This document shows positions 8,651-17,443 of a stretch of 32,000 bases of DNA, one piece after another. Position numbers and translations under genes: made by a program. The stretch lies in the NCBI GenBank assembly GCA_000467935.1, contig KI259781.1, positions 28,671 to 60,670 of the forward strand, in the 5' to 3' direction. This DNA is from Peptostreptococcaceae bacterium oral taxon 113 str. W5053. Lineage in GTDB: Bacteria; Bacillota; Clostridia; Tissierellales; Peptoniphilaceae. A model generated the notes under the pieces. The model saw only the letters and a list, made by a program, of their open reading frames with translations, searched no databases and had not been told where the DNA came from. The stretch's first letter is position 1, and each line of letters opens with the position of its first letter.

Positions 8651-9289
8651 TTATTCTTCCGTTTCGTTTTCACCGATAACCGGTACATCTGCTGCAGAAA
8701 TTGTTTCTTCCGTTTCCGCCTCGCTTTCTTCTTGAGGAATGGAAAGACTTGCAATCATTTCTTCTCCGTCTGTATGCACGGTAATTTTTTCGTCATTGAA
8801 TACAGCTAAATCTTTTACAAATACAGGCGTTTCAAAATTAATACCGGACACATCATATTCTACGGTTTCCGGAATATCCGCCGGTAAGCATTCAATTTCA
8901 ATTTCATTGATTCCCTGAATCAAAACAAAAGGTTGATCCGCACGGATATCATCACGACCGGTCAGAGTTACCGGAACCATTAAACGAAGAACTTCGTTCA
9001 TATTGATTGCGTATAAATCGATGTGTAAAAATTGATTTTTGAAAGGATGCTTTTGAACCTCTTTAAAAAGAACCGGGATATTCTTTCCATCCATTACGAT
9101 GTCCACGATAGTTGTTCCACCGGCTTCACCATATACTTTTTCCAATTCCTTCGCATTCAAAGTAATCATTACATTTTCTTTCCCTTTGCCGTAAATAACA
9201 GCCGGGATTTGTTTGTCCGCCCTTAATTTATCAACTCTGTTCTTACCCTTTTCTTCACGCAGAGTTGCGTTTAATTTAATATCAGCCAA
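8651..9289 (-). CDS. rplY: 50S ribosomal protein L25 / general stress protein Ctc (long form)
   Basis: 212-aa ORF (MADIKLNATLREEKGKNRVDKLRADKQIPAVIYGKG...) with an acidic C-terminal tail. TTG start behind GAGGAGGA. Confidence 0.88.
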   Translation of the reverse strand: MADIKLNATLREEKGKNRVDKLRADKQIPAVIYGKGKENVMITLNAKELEKVYGEAGGTTIVDIVMDGKNIPVLFKEVQKHPFKNQFLHIDLYAINMNEVLRLMVPVTLTGRDDIRADQPFVLIQGINEIEIECLPADIPETVEYDVSGINFETPVFVKDLAVFNDEKITVHTDGEEMIASLSIPQEESEAETEETISAADVPVIGENETEE

Positions 9290-9324
9290 AATAGTTCCTC
9301 CTCTTTGCTTAATTCAATAATATA

Positions 9325-9353
9325 GTTATACACTATTAGCCTTTATTTTTCAA
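9325..9353 (-). promoter_or_regulatory. Sigma-A-type promoter for the L25/ctc gene
   Basis: Minus strand: TTGAAA, 17-nt spacer, TATAAC. Confidence 0.5.
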
Positions 9354-9359
9354 GTTTTC

Positions 9360-9611
9360 TTATAAAAAATAGCGAAAAATCAGCATTACAGCAATGCCGG
9401 GCAATCCGAAAAAGCCTGCAATAACAGCACTTAATTTTGTAATCGGTAAAGTAATCCCAAGACTGCTGCCGAAAAAATTAAAAAAGAGCAATAACAAACA
9501 ACCGACAAGTCCGTTCATAATCAGTTTTCCGATAATTTTAATCGGAATACGGATTAATTTTCCGACGATATAGATCAAAAGGATTCCCAATAAAAAATAC
9601 ATGGACGACAT
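9360..9611 (-). CDS. bofA: BofA-family small membrane protein (pro-sigma-K processing inhibitor family)
   Basis: The C-terminal half, FGSSLGITLPITKLSAVIAGFFGLPGIAVMLIFRYFL, closely resembles B. subtilis BofA as I recall it (FGGSLGIHVPINLVTTAISGILGIPGIAALVV). Start is ambiguous: TTG 9623, ATG 9611 or ATG 9602. GGAAAGGAG precedes them. Confidence 0.7.
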   Translation of the reverse strand: MSSMYFLLGILLIYIVGKLIRIPIKIIGKLIMNGLVGCLLLLFFNFFGSSLGITLPITKLSAVIAGFFGLPGIAVMLIFRYFL

Positions 9612-9659
9612 CTCCTTTCCCAATTTCCTTATTCCAAAGAAACTATAAAAGTTTAATTT

Positions 9660-9688
9660 ATTATACCCGATATCTTTCTTTTATACAA
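9660..9688 (-). promoter_or_regulatory. Candidate promoter for bofA
   Basis: Minus strand: TTGTAT, 17-nt spacer, TATAAT. Confidence 0.45.
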
Positions 9689-9777
9689 AGGAGAATCTCT
9701 CAAGCTTTTTCAGTTTTTAAGCGGAATGAATTGGGTAAATACAATTTATACATTTAAATGGAGAGGAGAATTGAAGG

Positions 9778-10287
9778 ATGGAAAAAAGACAGGAAACCGC
9801 CATGGGCGGAAAACCCGTTACTTTGCTCGGAAAAAAACTGAATGTAGGCGATAAAGCGCCGGATTTTGTCGCTCTAAAACAGGACTTGACGCCCTTTACG
9901 CTAAAGGAGGTCTCTGAAAAAATTAAAATCGTCAGTGCCGTTCCCTCCGTGGATACCGGCGTATGTGAATTGCAAACCAAACGTTTTAACGAAGAAGCAA
10001 GCAAATTAAAAGATATCGCCATTTTAAGCATCAGCATGGATCTTCCCTTTGCCCTGGGACGTTTTTGTGCAGTACAGGGCATTGACAAAGTAATGATGCT
10101 CTCCGATCACAAAGACGCCTCTTTCGGAGAGGCTTATGGAGTTTTGATTGAAGAACTTCGTCTGTTAAACCGCAGCATCTTTGTTTTGGATGAAAACAAT
10201 ATCATTCGATATATGGAAATCGTCGCTGAAAATACCAATCATCCGGATTATGAAAGTGCGTTAAAGGCGGTGAAGAACCTTGCCTAA
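9778..10287 (+). CDS. tpx: Thiol peroxidase (atypical 2-Cys peroxiredoxin)
   Basis: 169-aa ORF with the Tpx active-site block SAVPSVDTGVCELQ and the resolving-Cys region LGRFCA. RBS GGAGAGGAG. Confidence 0.88.
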   Translation: MEKRQETAMGGKPVTLLGKKLNVGDKAPDFVALKQDLTPFTLKEVSEKIKIVSAVPSVDTGVCELQTKRFNEEASKLKDIAILSISMDLPFALGRFCAVQGIDKVMMLSDHKDASFGEAYGVLIEELRLLNRSIFVLDENNIIRYMEIVAENTNHPDYESALKAVKNLA

Positions 10288-11167
10288 GCTTATGGAATGT
10301 GTGCCCAATTTCAGTCTTGGACAAGACAAGGAAAAATTGGAACAGATTTTAAATCAAATTCGCAGTGTGCCCGGCGTCCGTCTTTTGGATTATTCTATGG
10401 ACGCCAGCCAAAATCGAAGCGTAACCACTTTTGTCGGGGAGCCGGAAGCTGTCAGCGAAGCTGCTTTTCTTGCCATTCAGGAAGCCGCAAAGCTTATTGA
10501 TATGACCGTTCATAAAGGAGAACATCCCCGTATGGGAGCGACCGATGTTTGTCCCTTCGTTCCCATCTCGGACATGACCATGGATGAATGCGCGGAATAT
10601 GCCAAAAGCTTGGGTAAGCGAGTGGGGGAAGAATTAAATATTCCCGTGTATCTTTATGAAGCCGCAGCCAATGCCCCCTATCGCAAAAATTTAGCGGACA
10701 TTCGCCGTGGGGAATACGAGGGCATGGCAGAAAAAATGAAGCGCCCCGAATGGAAACCGAACTTCGGTCCCACGGAACTTGGAACTGCCGGTGTGACCGC
10801 CATCGGTGCTCGTCCTTTTCTTATCGCCTATAATATCTATTTAAACACCACGAATATTTCCGTGGCAAAAAAAATTGCTTTCCGCATCCGCGCCAAAAAC
10901 GGAGGCTTTTCTTCCATCAAAGCTCTTGGATTCATGAGTCGGGAAAGAGCTTGTGTGGAGGTATCCATGAATATGGTGGACTTTAAAAAAAGTTCTTTAT
11001 ACCACGCTTTTGAATTTATAAAACGAGAAGCTGAAAATTACGGCGTCACCGTCAGCGAATCGGAAATCGTGGGATTGGTTCCCCAAGAAGCCTTATTGGA
11101 TGCGGCCAAATGGTACTTAAGACTGCACAGTTTCGATAACGCTCAAATTTTTGAAAATAATCTATAA
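10280..11167 (+). CDS. ftcD: Glutamate formimidoyltransferase (formiminotransferase domain only)
   Basis: N-terminus ...MECVPNFSLGQDKEKLEQI matches the ECVPNFSEGR signature of formiminotransferases. Start is either TTG 10280 (8-nt overlap with tpx, GGTGA 6-7 nt upstream) or ATG 10292. Confidence 0.85.
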   Translation: MPKLMECVPNFSLGQDKEKLEQILNQIRSVPGVRLLDYSMDASQNRSVTTFVGEPEAVSEAAFLAIQEAAKLIDMTVHKGEHPRMGATDVCPFVPISDMTMDECAEYAKSLGKRVGEELNIPVYLYEAAANAPYRKNLADIRRGEYEGMAEKMKRPEWKPNFGPTELGTAGVTAIGARPFLIAYNIYLNTTNISVAKKIAFRIRAKNGGFSSIKALGFMSRERACVEVSMNMVDFKKSSLYHAFEFIKREAENYGVTVSESEIVGLVPQEALLDAAKWYLRLHSFDNAQIFENNL

Positions 11168-11220
11168 AAAAAGCATCTTTCCATCGGCTTGGATAAACCG
11201 ATAGGAAGATGCTTTTTATC
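11168..11220 (+). terminator. Rho-independent terminator after ftcD
   Basis: AAGCATCTTTCCATCGG-cttggataaa-CCGATAGGAAGATGCTT followed by TTTTATCTTT. The stem is 17 bp with two imperfections, and an A-run precedes it. Confidence 0.75.
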
Positions 11221-11405
11221 TTTCATTCCCTTCGATAAGCTTTGCATCCGGTTCTTAAATTCCATCTTCAAAAGAGAGGCATCTTTCACAAATTCGAGAA
11301 GCAAAGGATTTATCTCCCGCTTTTGCTTTTCGTACTCTTCTGTCCAACAGTTCTTCCCTCTTTCCCCTATCTTTGGAAAAAATCCCCATATAAAAAGTTT
11401 CAACC

Positions 11406-11438
11406 CATAAAAAATCCGCCGAAGGATTTCGACGGATT
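11406..11438 (-). terminator. Rho-independent terminator after the purine permease gene
   Basis: The minus strand reads AATCCGTCGAA-atcc-TTCGGCGGATT followed by TTTTTAT. The hairpin starts 12 nt after the stop codon. Confidence 0.75.
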
Positions 11439-11449
11439 CTCTTTGAAAT

Positions 11450-12781
11450 TTACATTCCGAATACGGGTGCTATGATTCGAGCTAAGAAGATAAATGCCAA
11501 AATATACATCAATAGGGAAACATCTTTGTGTTTTCCGGAGATCACTTTGATCAATACATAGCTCATCATTCCGAAGGCAATGCCTTCCGCAATGCTGTAA
11601 GCAAAGGGCATCATGACAATGGTCAAAAAAGCGGGAACGGATTCCGTATAATCCTCAAAAGGAATATCTTTGATGGGGGTCATCATAAACAAACCCACCA
11701 TAATCAAAGCCGGCGCCGTTGCTTGTGCCGGCACGATGGAAAATAGCGGGAATAAGAATAAGCTGATGAGGAAAAAGAACGCAACGCTTAATGAGGTCAA
11801 TCCCGTACGTCCGCCGTCGGTTACACCGGAAGCGGATTCCACAAAGGTGGTTACGGTGCTGGTTCCCAGCAATGCGCCTACAGTCGTTCCCACTGAATCG
11901 GCAAACAATGCCGGACCCGCTTTCGGAAGTTCACCCTTTTCATTGAGCAAATCGGCTTTGGACGCTACACCGACTAAAGTTCCTACGGTGTCAAAAAGGT
12001 CTACAAACAAGAAGGTGAACGTGATGGCAAACATATCCCAAGTGAAAATTTGTTTCCACTCCAATTTGAAAGCTACCCCCGACAAGGAAGGCGGCGCTTG
12101 TATCCATCCGTTCTCAGGTGCATGCGTTACACCTAAAATCAAAGCCAAAACGGTGGAGATAATAATTCCATAAAGCAATGCTCCCTTAACTTTTTTCGCC
12201 ATTAAAAGCGCCATCACCAAAAGACCGACAAAAGTGACCAATACGCCCGGCGTCAACAAATTACCCAAACTTAAAATAGTACCTGCTCCCGAAGATATGA
12301 CTCCTGCGTTTACAAAACCAATCAATGCAATAAACAAACCGATCCCTACGGACACGGCTTTTTTCAAACTCATGGGAATTGCATTGAAAATAGCTTCTCT
12401 TACATTAAAGAAACTCATCAAAATGAAAATAATACCTTCAATAAATACTGCGGTCAATGCAAATTGCCAACTATGCCCTCTGTCCAAAACAACGGTATAG
12501 GTGAAAAATGCGTTTAGACCCATTCCCGGTGCCAATGCAAAAGGTAAATTTGCATAAAAACCCATCACTAGCATGGCAAATACGGAAGCCACAATCGTCG
12601 CCGTAAATACGCCGCCCTTGTCCATTCCCGTTTGAGCCAGCATGTTCGGATTGACCGCCAAGATATAGGACATGGTCATAAATGTGGTCAATCCTGCTAA
12701 AAACTCGGTTTTAACATCCGTTTTTCTTTCACTTAGGCGAAATCTTCTTTCAAAGAAACCGCCTTTACTCAGTTCCGTCAT
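11450..12781 (-). CDS. NCS2/AzgA-family purine (adenine/guanine/hypoxanthine) permease, PbuG/PbuO-like
   Basis: 443-aa polytopic membrane ORF. The blocks TEFLAGLTTFMTMSYILAVNP and APGMGLNAFFTYTVV match the AzgA/PbuG family. RBS AAGGAGGAAAG. Confidence 0.85.
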   Translation of the reverse strand: MTELSKGGFFERRFRLSERKTDVKTEFLAGLTTFMTMSYILAVNPNMLAQTGMDKGGVFTATIVASVFAMLVMGFYANLPFALAPGMGLNAFFTYTVVLDRGHSWQFALTAVFIEGIIFILMSFFNVREAIFNAIPMSLKKAVSVGIGLFIALIGFVNAGVISSGAGTILSLGNLLTPGVLVTFVGLLVMALLMAKKVKGALLYGIIISTVLALILGVTHAPENGWIQAPPSLSGVAFKLEWKQIFTWDMFAITFTFLFVDLFDTVGTLVGVASKADLLNEKGELPKAGPALFADSVGTTVGALLGTSTVTTFVESASGVTDGGRTGLTSLSVAFFFLISLFLFPLFSIVPAQATAPALIMVGLFMMTPIKDIPFEDYTESVPAFLTIVMMPFAYSIAEGIAFGMMSYVLIKVISGKHKDVSLLMYILAFIFLARIIAPVFGM

Positions 12782-12993
12782 TCTCTTTCCTCCTTATAAA
12801 ATATTTTTACGCATTTATTGTATCATTCTTTCAGCGCTCTGAAAACTGCATGAAAACGCTATCTTTTAGAAAAAAATATCTCACAGAAGACAGAGAATTT
12901 TTTTGCACAAAAAGGATGCTCGCTTATATATCGGTGCTTGCTGATTGCGTTCCACAAGTAAATCTCCAACCTTACGCCGTTCCCAAGTTATTT

Positions 12994-13025
12994 AAAAGAA
13001 GAGCCAAGATAAAAACTTGGCTCTT
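12994..13025 (-). terminator. Rho-independent terminator after hsdR
   Basis: The minus strand reads AAGAGCCAAG-tttttat-CTTGGCTCTT followed by CTTTT. The stem is a perfect 10 bp and starts 13 nt after the hsdR stop. Confidence 0.7.
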
Positions 13026-13037
13026 GAAATGAATTTC

Positions 13038-16000
13038 TTATGCTTCGTTCACCGGGACTTCGATGTCAAATCCTCCACTTAGAATAAAATCACGAAGCAA
13101 TATATCAGACTTAGTCATAACTTTTGGCGGTATTATTTTTATTCCTTCAATCTTTTCAAAATAATCTTTTGCCTTCTTCTTATCTATAGTCTGCTTTAGT
13201 TCATCGTATCTACCGAACTCGTTTAAATTGCTTTCAACAAGCTTTAAACTCATCATAGCTCTTAACTTATTTTCGTCCACTCCGAGGTGAACAGAAACAC
13301 GGTGGATTTGGTCCTTCTTCGCTTTTAATAAATACTCATTGATATAATCCCGCAGTGCTTTTCCGGAAGTAATTTCAACATCTCCCCTTTGAATGTCATG
13401 TAGGAATATATTTGCATATTTCTGTTCCTCTTGTGTTAGCATTGCAAAGGTCTTATGAAGCTCCGTCTCGGCCTTTTCAACATCCCCCGTGCTTGCTCCG
13501 TTTCCATTTAATAATTTAATGTATTTATCAAACCTGGAGTTCATATAATCTGAATCAATCAAGCCGGTGTCGATTTCCGTAATATATCCGACCAAGTCAT
13601 ATGGCACGTCATCATCACCGGAACCGGAACCTCCTCCTGTCAATTCTTTGTAACGAAGAACTAAAATTAAGTAAGTCTTTTCATCAATTGCTACATCAAG
13701 ATTCTCTCCCGTCGTGTCGTCCCGATAAGAAGATATACTCCACTTAAATCCCTGAATTTTTGCGGCTTCCAAGAAAGTATTGAACTCTTTAAAATCTTTT
13801 GCAAATTTTTTGCAGGCATCTATATCTGATGGCAATCTTTCAAAATTTAAAACTCCTGCACTCTCAAAAATATCAAAAATATTTTCAAAAAGCCGATTGA
13901 TTTCCTTTAAATTTTCTATAAGATGCCAGGCAAATAATCCGAGCGGTTTATCTCCTGAATAAAGCTTTACAGCAGCATTTATATTGCTCTCCATTGTATG
14001 CGGTTTTCGATAGTAACGAATGGTGCCGAACGGCTTATTATCCGGTCCGAACAGTCGATTCGTGCGGGAAAAAGCCTGAATAATATTTTCATACTCAATA
14101 ACCTTATCCAAGTATAACGTGTTGATCCATTTCGAGTCGAAACCTGTAAGCATCTGATCGACGACAATCAGCAAGTCCAGTTGCTTCTCCGGTTCATTTT
14201 CAATTCGTTCATAAGGTTTCTTATGGGCCAAACGGGAAGCAATATCCTTTTTCATTTTATGGAATGTAGGAATGGTAAAATCCTGTCCGTAAAGTGAGTT
14301 ATAATCCTCAATAATCTCTACAAGCCCATCCTCTTTAGACCGGGCATCTTCATTATTATCAATGCTTGAATCAAACAGTGCTGTAATTTTAAGGTGCGGA
14401 AGCTCGCTTTTCATCAAGCGATAATAGTCAATCGCTTCCTGTATACTGCTTGTCGCAAAGATAGCGTGAAATTTACTTCCTCTGCTAAGCGTCAGCCAAT
14501 TCTCCTCTATATCCTTTACAACGGTTTTAGTATGTTCTTCGGTCTGATATTGAGTCTTAGGGATATAATCTTCTATGCCCGTAATGTACTTTCCTTTCTT
14601 ATCAAAATGTCCCGCCATCGGCACCCTGCCCGCATCCATATATTTATAATATATTTTACTCTTGGCGGGGTCTGAAATTGCTTCCTCTTCAGTCTTTGCA
14701 TTGGCTTTTTCAAGTGCCACAACTTTGCGGACATCTTTGTCTTTAAAGGTTAAAACTTTGTACGGGTCGAACCCCAGCACATTCTTATCCCTTATTCCGT
14801 CCGCAATGCTGTACCTATGCAATTCATTGCCAAAAACCGTTGTCGTGGTATTTTTCTTTTTCCGGTTCTCATCTTGAATAGGTGTTCCTGTAAAACCGAA
14901 AAACATTGCCTTAGGAAAAGTATTTTTAATTGTAATGAGCATATCTCCGAATGTAGAACGATGAGCTTCATCAACAATAAACACAATCCGTTTATCGCTT
15001 ATCATCGCAATATCCCGGGCATTTAGCCCACCTGTCTCATCTTTGATATTACTCATTTTTTGAATGGAAGTAACAATCAGCGTATCGGCAGGATTACAGC
15101 TTTTAAGCTTGCTGACAAGCACATTCGTATTTTCTGTTGCTTGAACATCCTCATTTTCATCAGCAAATCCCCGATATTCTTTAAGAGACTGTGTCCCAAG
15201 TTCAATTCTGTCCATTAAAAAAATAACTTTATCTGCATCTTTTGAACTGGCAATCAGCTGCGCCGATTTAAAACTCGTCATGGTCTTTCCGGACCCTGTC
15301 GTATGCCATACATAACCGCCGAGCTGATTATTTCCTTCCCATTTTGCCTTGGCAACTTTATCTGAAATAGCACTTGCCGCAAAATACTGATAACTGCGCA
15401 TTACCTTAAGAACACCATCGGAATCATCGGCAACTGTATAAAATCCGATCAGTTGATGAGCCATAGGAATAGAAAGAAGTGTCGAGGCTACCTTAGCCCA
15501 TTCATTGATTGGCTCATTATTAAAATCTGCCCAATGAAAATAATAATCCGGATTGAACTTGCCGTCAGGACCGGGATTTGCAAAATATACTGTTTCTTTC
15601 GGCTCCATAGCAACAAAAATCTGGACAAGTGAAAATAGCCCTGTAAAAACACCTTCATGCGAGTATTTTTCAATTTGATGATAGGCTTGACTGACCGGTA
15701 TACCACTCTTTTTTAGTTCAATATGAATGACCGGCATACCGTTTATGAGAAGCATTAAATCTCCACGACGGTCATTAAGCAGTTTTGACTTAGCAGAAAA
15801 TTTCGGCTGCTGTACAATTTGGTATCTGCTTTGACCGGCTGCGATTTCCATGCGGTCATATATTTTAAGACTGACCTCTTTGCCGAAGTGCAAGCTATCA
15901 TCCGGGTTATCCCGAACGATAGAAACACTTTTACCATTGATAAATCCGTTTAATTTTAAGGGTGTTCTAAGTGCCTCAATCTGCTCTAATATTTGCTGCA

Positions 16001-16187
16001 TCTCACTGTCAGTCAGAGGATAATCGTTTAATCGATCAATATCTCTGTTATTTTCAAAAAGAATATCTGCCCAATTCCTAAGCAAATCTTTTTCAGAGTA
16101 GTTTTTCAAGACTTCTTTTTCCCACCCTTTCTCGGATAAGATTTTAATTAAAGCCTCTTCAAAATCTGACTCTTTATTAAAAACCAT
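13038..16187 (-). CDS. hsdR: Type I restriction endonuclease subunit R (EcoR124-like, family IC-type architecture)
   Basis: 1049-aa ORF. N-terminal PD-(D/E)xK nuclease block GDLMLLINGMPVIHIELKK, helicase motif I HTTGSGKTMTS, motif II FIVDEAHRS, and a long helical C-terminus. RBS AGGAGGAA. Confidence 0.92.
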   Translation of the reverse strand: MVFNKESDFEEALIKILSEKGWEKEVLKNYSEKDLLRNWADILFENNRDIDRLNDYPLTDSEMQQILEQIEALRTPLKLNGFINGKSVSIVRDNPDDSLHFGKEVSLKIYDRMEIAAGQSRYQIVQQPKFSAKSKLLNDRRGDLMLLINGMPVIHIELKKSGIPVSQAYHQIEKYSHEGVFTGLFSLVQIFVAMEPKETVYFANPGPDGKFNPDYYFHWADFNNEPINEWAKVASTLLSIPMAHQLIGFYTVADDSDGVLKVMRSYQYFAASAISDKVAKAKWEGNNQLGGYVWHTTGSGKTMTSFKSAQLIASSKDADKVIFLMDRIELGTQSLKEYRGFADENEDVQATENTNVLVSKLKSCNPADTLIVTSIQKMSNIKDETGGLNARDIAMISDKRIVFIVDEAHRSTFGDMLITIKNTFPKAMFFGFTGTPIQDENRKKKNTTTTVFGNELHRYSIADGIRDKNVLGFDPYKVLTFKDKDVRKVVALEKANAKTEEEAISDPAKSKIYYKYMDAGRVPMAGHFDKKGKYITGIEDYIPKTQYQTEEHTKTVVKDIEENWLTLSRGSKFHAIFATSSIQEAIDYYRLMKSELPHLKITALFDSSIDNNEDARSKEDGLVEIIEDYNSLYGQDFTIPTFHKMKKDIASRLAHKKPYERIENEPEKQLDLLIVVDQMLTGFDSKWINTLYLDKVIEYENIIQAFSRTNRLFGPDNKPFGTIRYYRKPHTMESNINAAVKLYSGDKPLGLFAWHLIENLKEINRLFENIFDIFESAGVLNFERLPSDIDACKKFAKDFKEFNTFLEAAKIQGFKWSISSYRDDTTGENLDVAIDEKTYLILVLRYKELTGGGSGSGDDDVPYDLVGYITEIDTGLIDSDYMNSRFDKYIKLLNGNGASTGDVEKAETELHKTFAMLTQEEQKYANIFLHDIQRGDVEITSGKALRDYINEYLLKAKKDQIHRVSVHLGVDENKLRAMMSLKLVESNLNEFGRYDELKQTIDKKKAKDYFEKIEGIKIIPPKVMTKSDILLRDFILSGGFDIEVPVNEA

Positions 16188-16273
16188 TGTAATTCCTCCT
16201 AACTTTCAATATACTACGATTTTGTCCGAAGCGCCGTGAAATAAGATCAACTTATCCATTTTCGCCTTTCCTC

Positions 16274-17443
16274 CTAAACAAACATCTTTTCCAGCATCGA
16301 TTTCTTGATATTTTTCAGTTTTGTAAGCTTATGCTGATAAAGAGTGATAAGGTGGTTTATGTTCTTAATAAAGTCACTAATCTTGTTCTGCTCATCCAAA
16401 CTTGGTACAGGAACAACACATTCGTAATAATCTTTCAGATTATAATTGTTTCTTCCATCACCAGTCGAAATATTCATAGCAAAGTTTTTATGTGTATCTG
16501 TATTGAGATAGATGCATAGATAATCTGATGTAATTATATCTTTATTGGGGCGCGTAACAATCGTAGCAAAACCTATGGAACCAGCCTCTTTTTCACTAAT
16601 TACCGCAGAAGTTCCTATATCGCCTGTATGTACTGTAATCACATCACCAACCCTATGTTTTCTTGAAGCATTTTGTTTTGCAAAATCATCGTCAAGATAA
16701 ATCGGATCATCTCCAAACTCAAAACAGCCATCTTTTATATCTGAATTTCTTATAAGTAAAGCCCCTTGGTCGGTATAATGAGATGTCATTGTAGTTACTA
16801 ATCCAATATATATTTCTCCAAGCTCAGTAACCTTACGCTGTTCCCAAGCTTCCGTAAAACCCTTAAAACGAATTTCAGGAATATTTTTACCATTTTTCGG
16901 AAACATTTTTTCAAGCATCGATTTTTTGACAGCGGTCAATTTGTCCACCTTACACTGATAAAGGGTAATAAGGTGGTCAAGGTGATGAAAATAATCCGCT
17001 ATTTTTTGAGTTTCCATTTTTGAATTAGAACATTTAGTTTCCATTTCGGTCAACATATCATAGGTCAAAAATGGTAATCCACTTCCACCACGATATTTTC
17101 TCAAATTCATATTTAATAATAGGTAGTATCCGAATTTTGCAGAGAAAACATCGTCTTTTGGCTTGGTAATAGTGCCATTATAGGTTACAAAGTGTTTGCC
17201 TTCGCCCCAAGAAACACAGCCTGCATCTCCCATATGACCTATTATCACAGAGTTTTCAGCATTGTATTTTGTGTAGCCACCTTGAATACCACCCGCACCG
17301 AAAACAGGATACTGTCCGCCATTACTTGGATTATTATTTCCATCTCCATAATGGAAATTGAATAGTTCTCCCAACTTCCGCTGTTCCCAGTCATCTTCGA
17401 ATCCGGCAAATCGAATGTCCGGTCTTTTTTTAGTTTCCGTCAT
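16274..17443 (-). CDS. hsdS: Type I restriction-modification specificity subunit S (two target-recognition domains)
   Basis: The track start at 17500 lies inside hsdM. The ATG at 17443 (MTETKKRPDIRFAGFEDDWEQRKL) follows GGAGGGG and overlaps the hsdM end by 14 nt. The conserved regions are duplicated: PDIRFAGFEDDWEQRK / PEIRFKGFTEAWEQRK, and HLITLYQCKVDKLTAVKKSMLEKMF / HLITLYQHKLTKLKNIKKSMLEKMF. Confidence 0.9.
   Translation of the reverse strand: MTETKKRPDIRFAGFEDDWEQRKLGELFNFHYGDGNNNPSNGGQYPVFGAGGIQGGYTKYNAENSVIIGHMGDAGCVSWGEGKHFVTYNGTITKPKDDVFSAKFGYYLLLNMNLRKYRGGSGLPFLTYDMLTEMETKCSNSKMETQKIADYFHHLDHLITLYQCKVDKLTAVKKSMLEKMFPKNGKNIPEIRFKGFTEAWEQRKVTELGEIYIGLVTTMTSHYTDQGALLIRNSDIKDGCFEFGDDPIYLDDDFAKQNASRKHRVGDVITVHTGDIGTSAVISEKEAGSIGFATIVTRPNKDIITSDYLCIYLNTDTHKNFAMNISTGDGRNNYNLKDYYECVVPVPSLDEQNKISDFIKNINHLITLYQHKLTKLKNIKKSMLEKMFV
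16281..16976 (-). repeat. Imperfect 75-nt direct repeat within hsdS (copies at 16281-16355 and 16902-16976) encoding the central and C-terminal conserved helices
   Basis: Hand alignment of aacatcttttccagcatcgatttcttgata... against aacattttttcaagcatcgattttttgaca... is collinear over 75 nt, with roughly two-thirds identity by eye. Confidence 0.7.

Noticed and set aside
11143-11403. 86-aa minus-strand ORF between ftcD and the permease gene
   Set aside because: It has a TTG start without an RBS, begins immediately after the permease terminator, and its C-terminus is encoded by the ftcD terminator hairpin.
12782-12993. Possible purine riboswitch upstream of the PbuG-like permease
   Set aside because: I searched the minus-strand leader for the conserved purine-riboswitch cores (UAUGG, UUUCUACC, CCGUAAA) and found none. 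Only a weak promoter-like TTTTCA-17-TACAAT is present.
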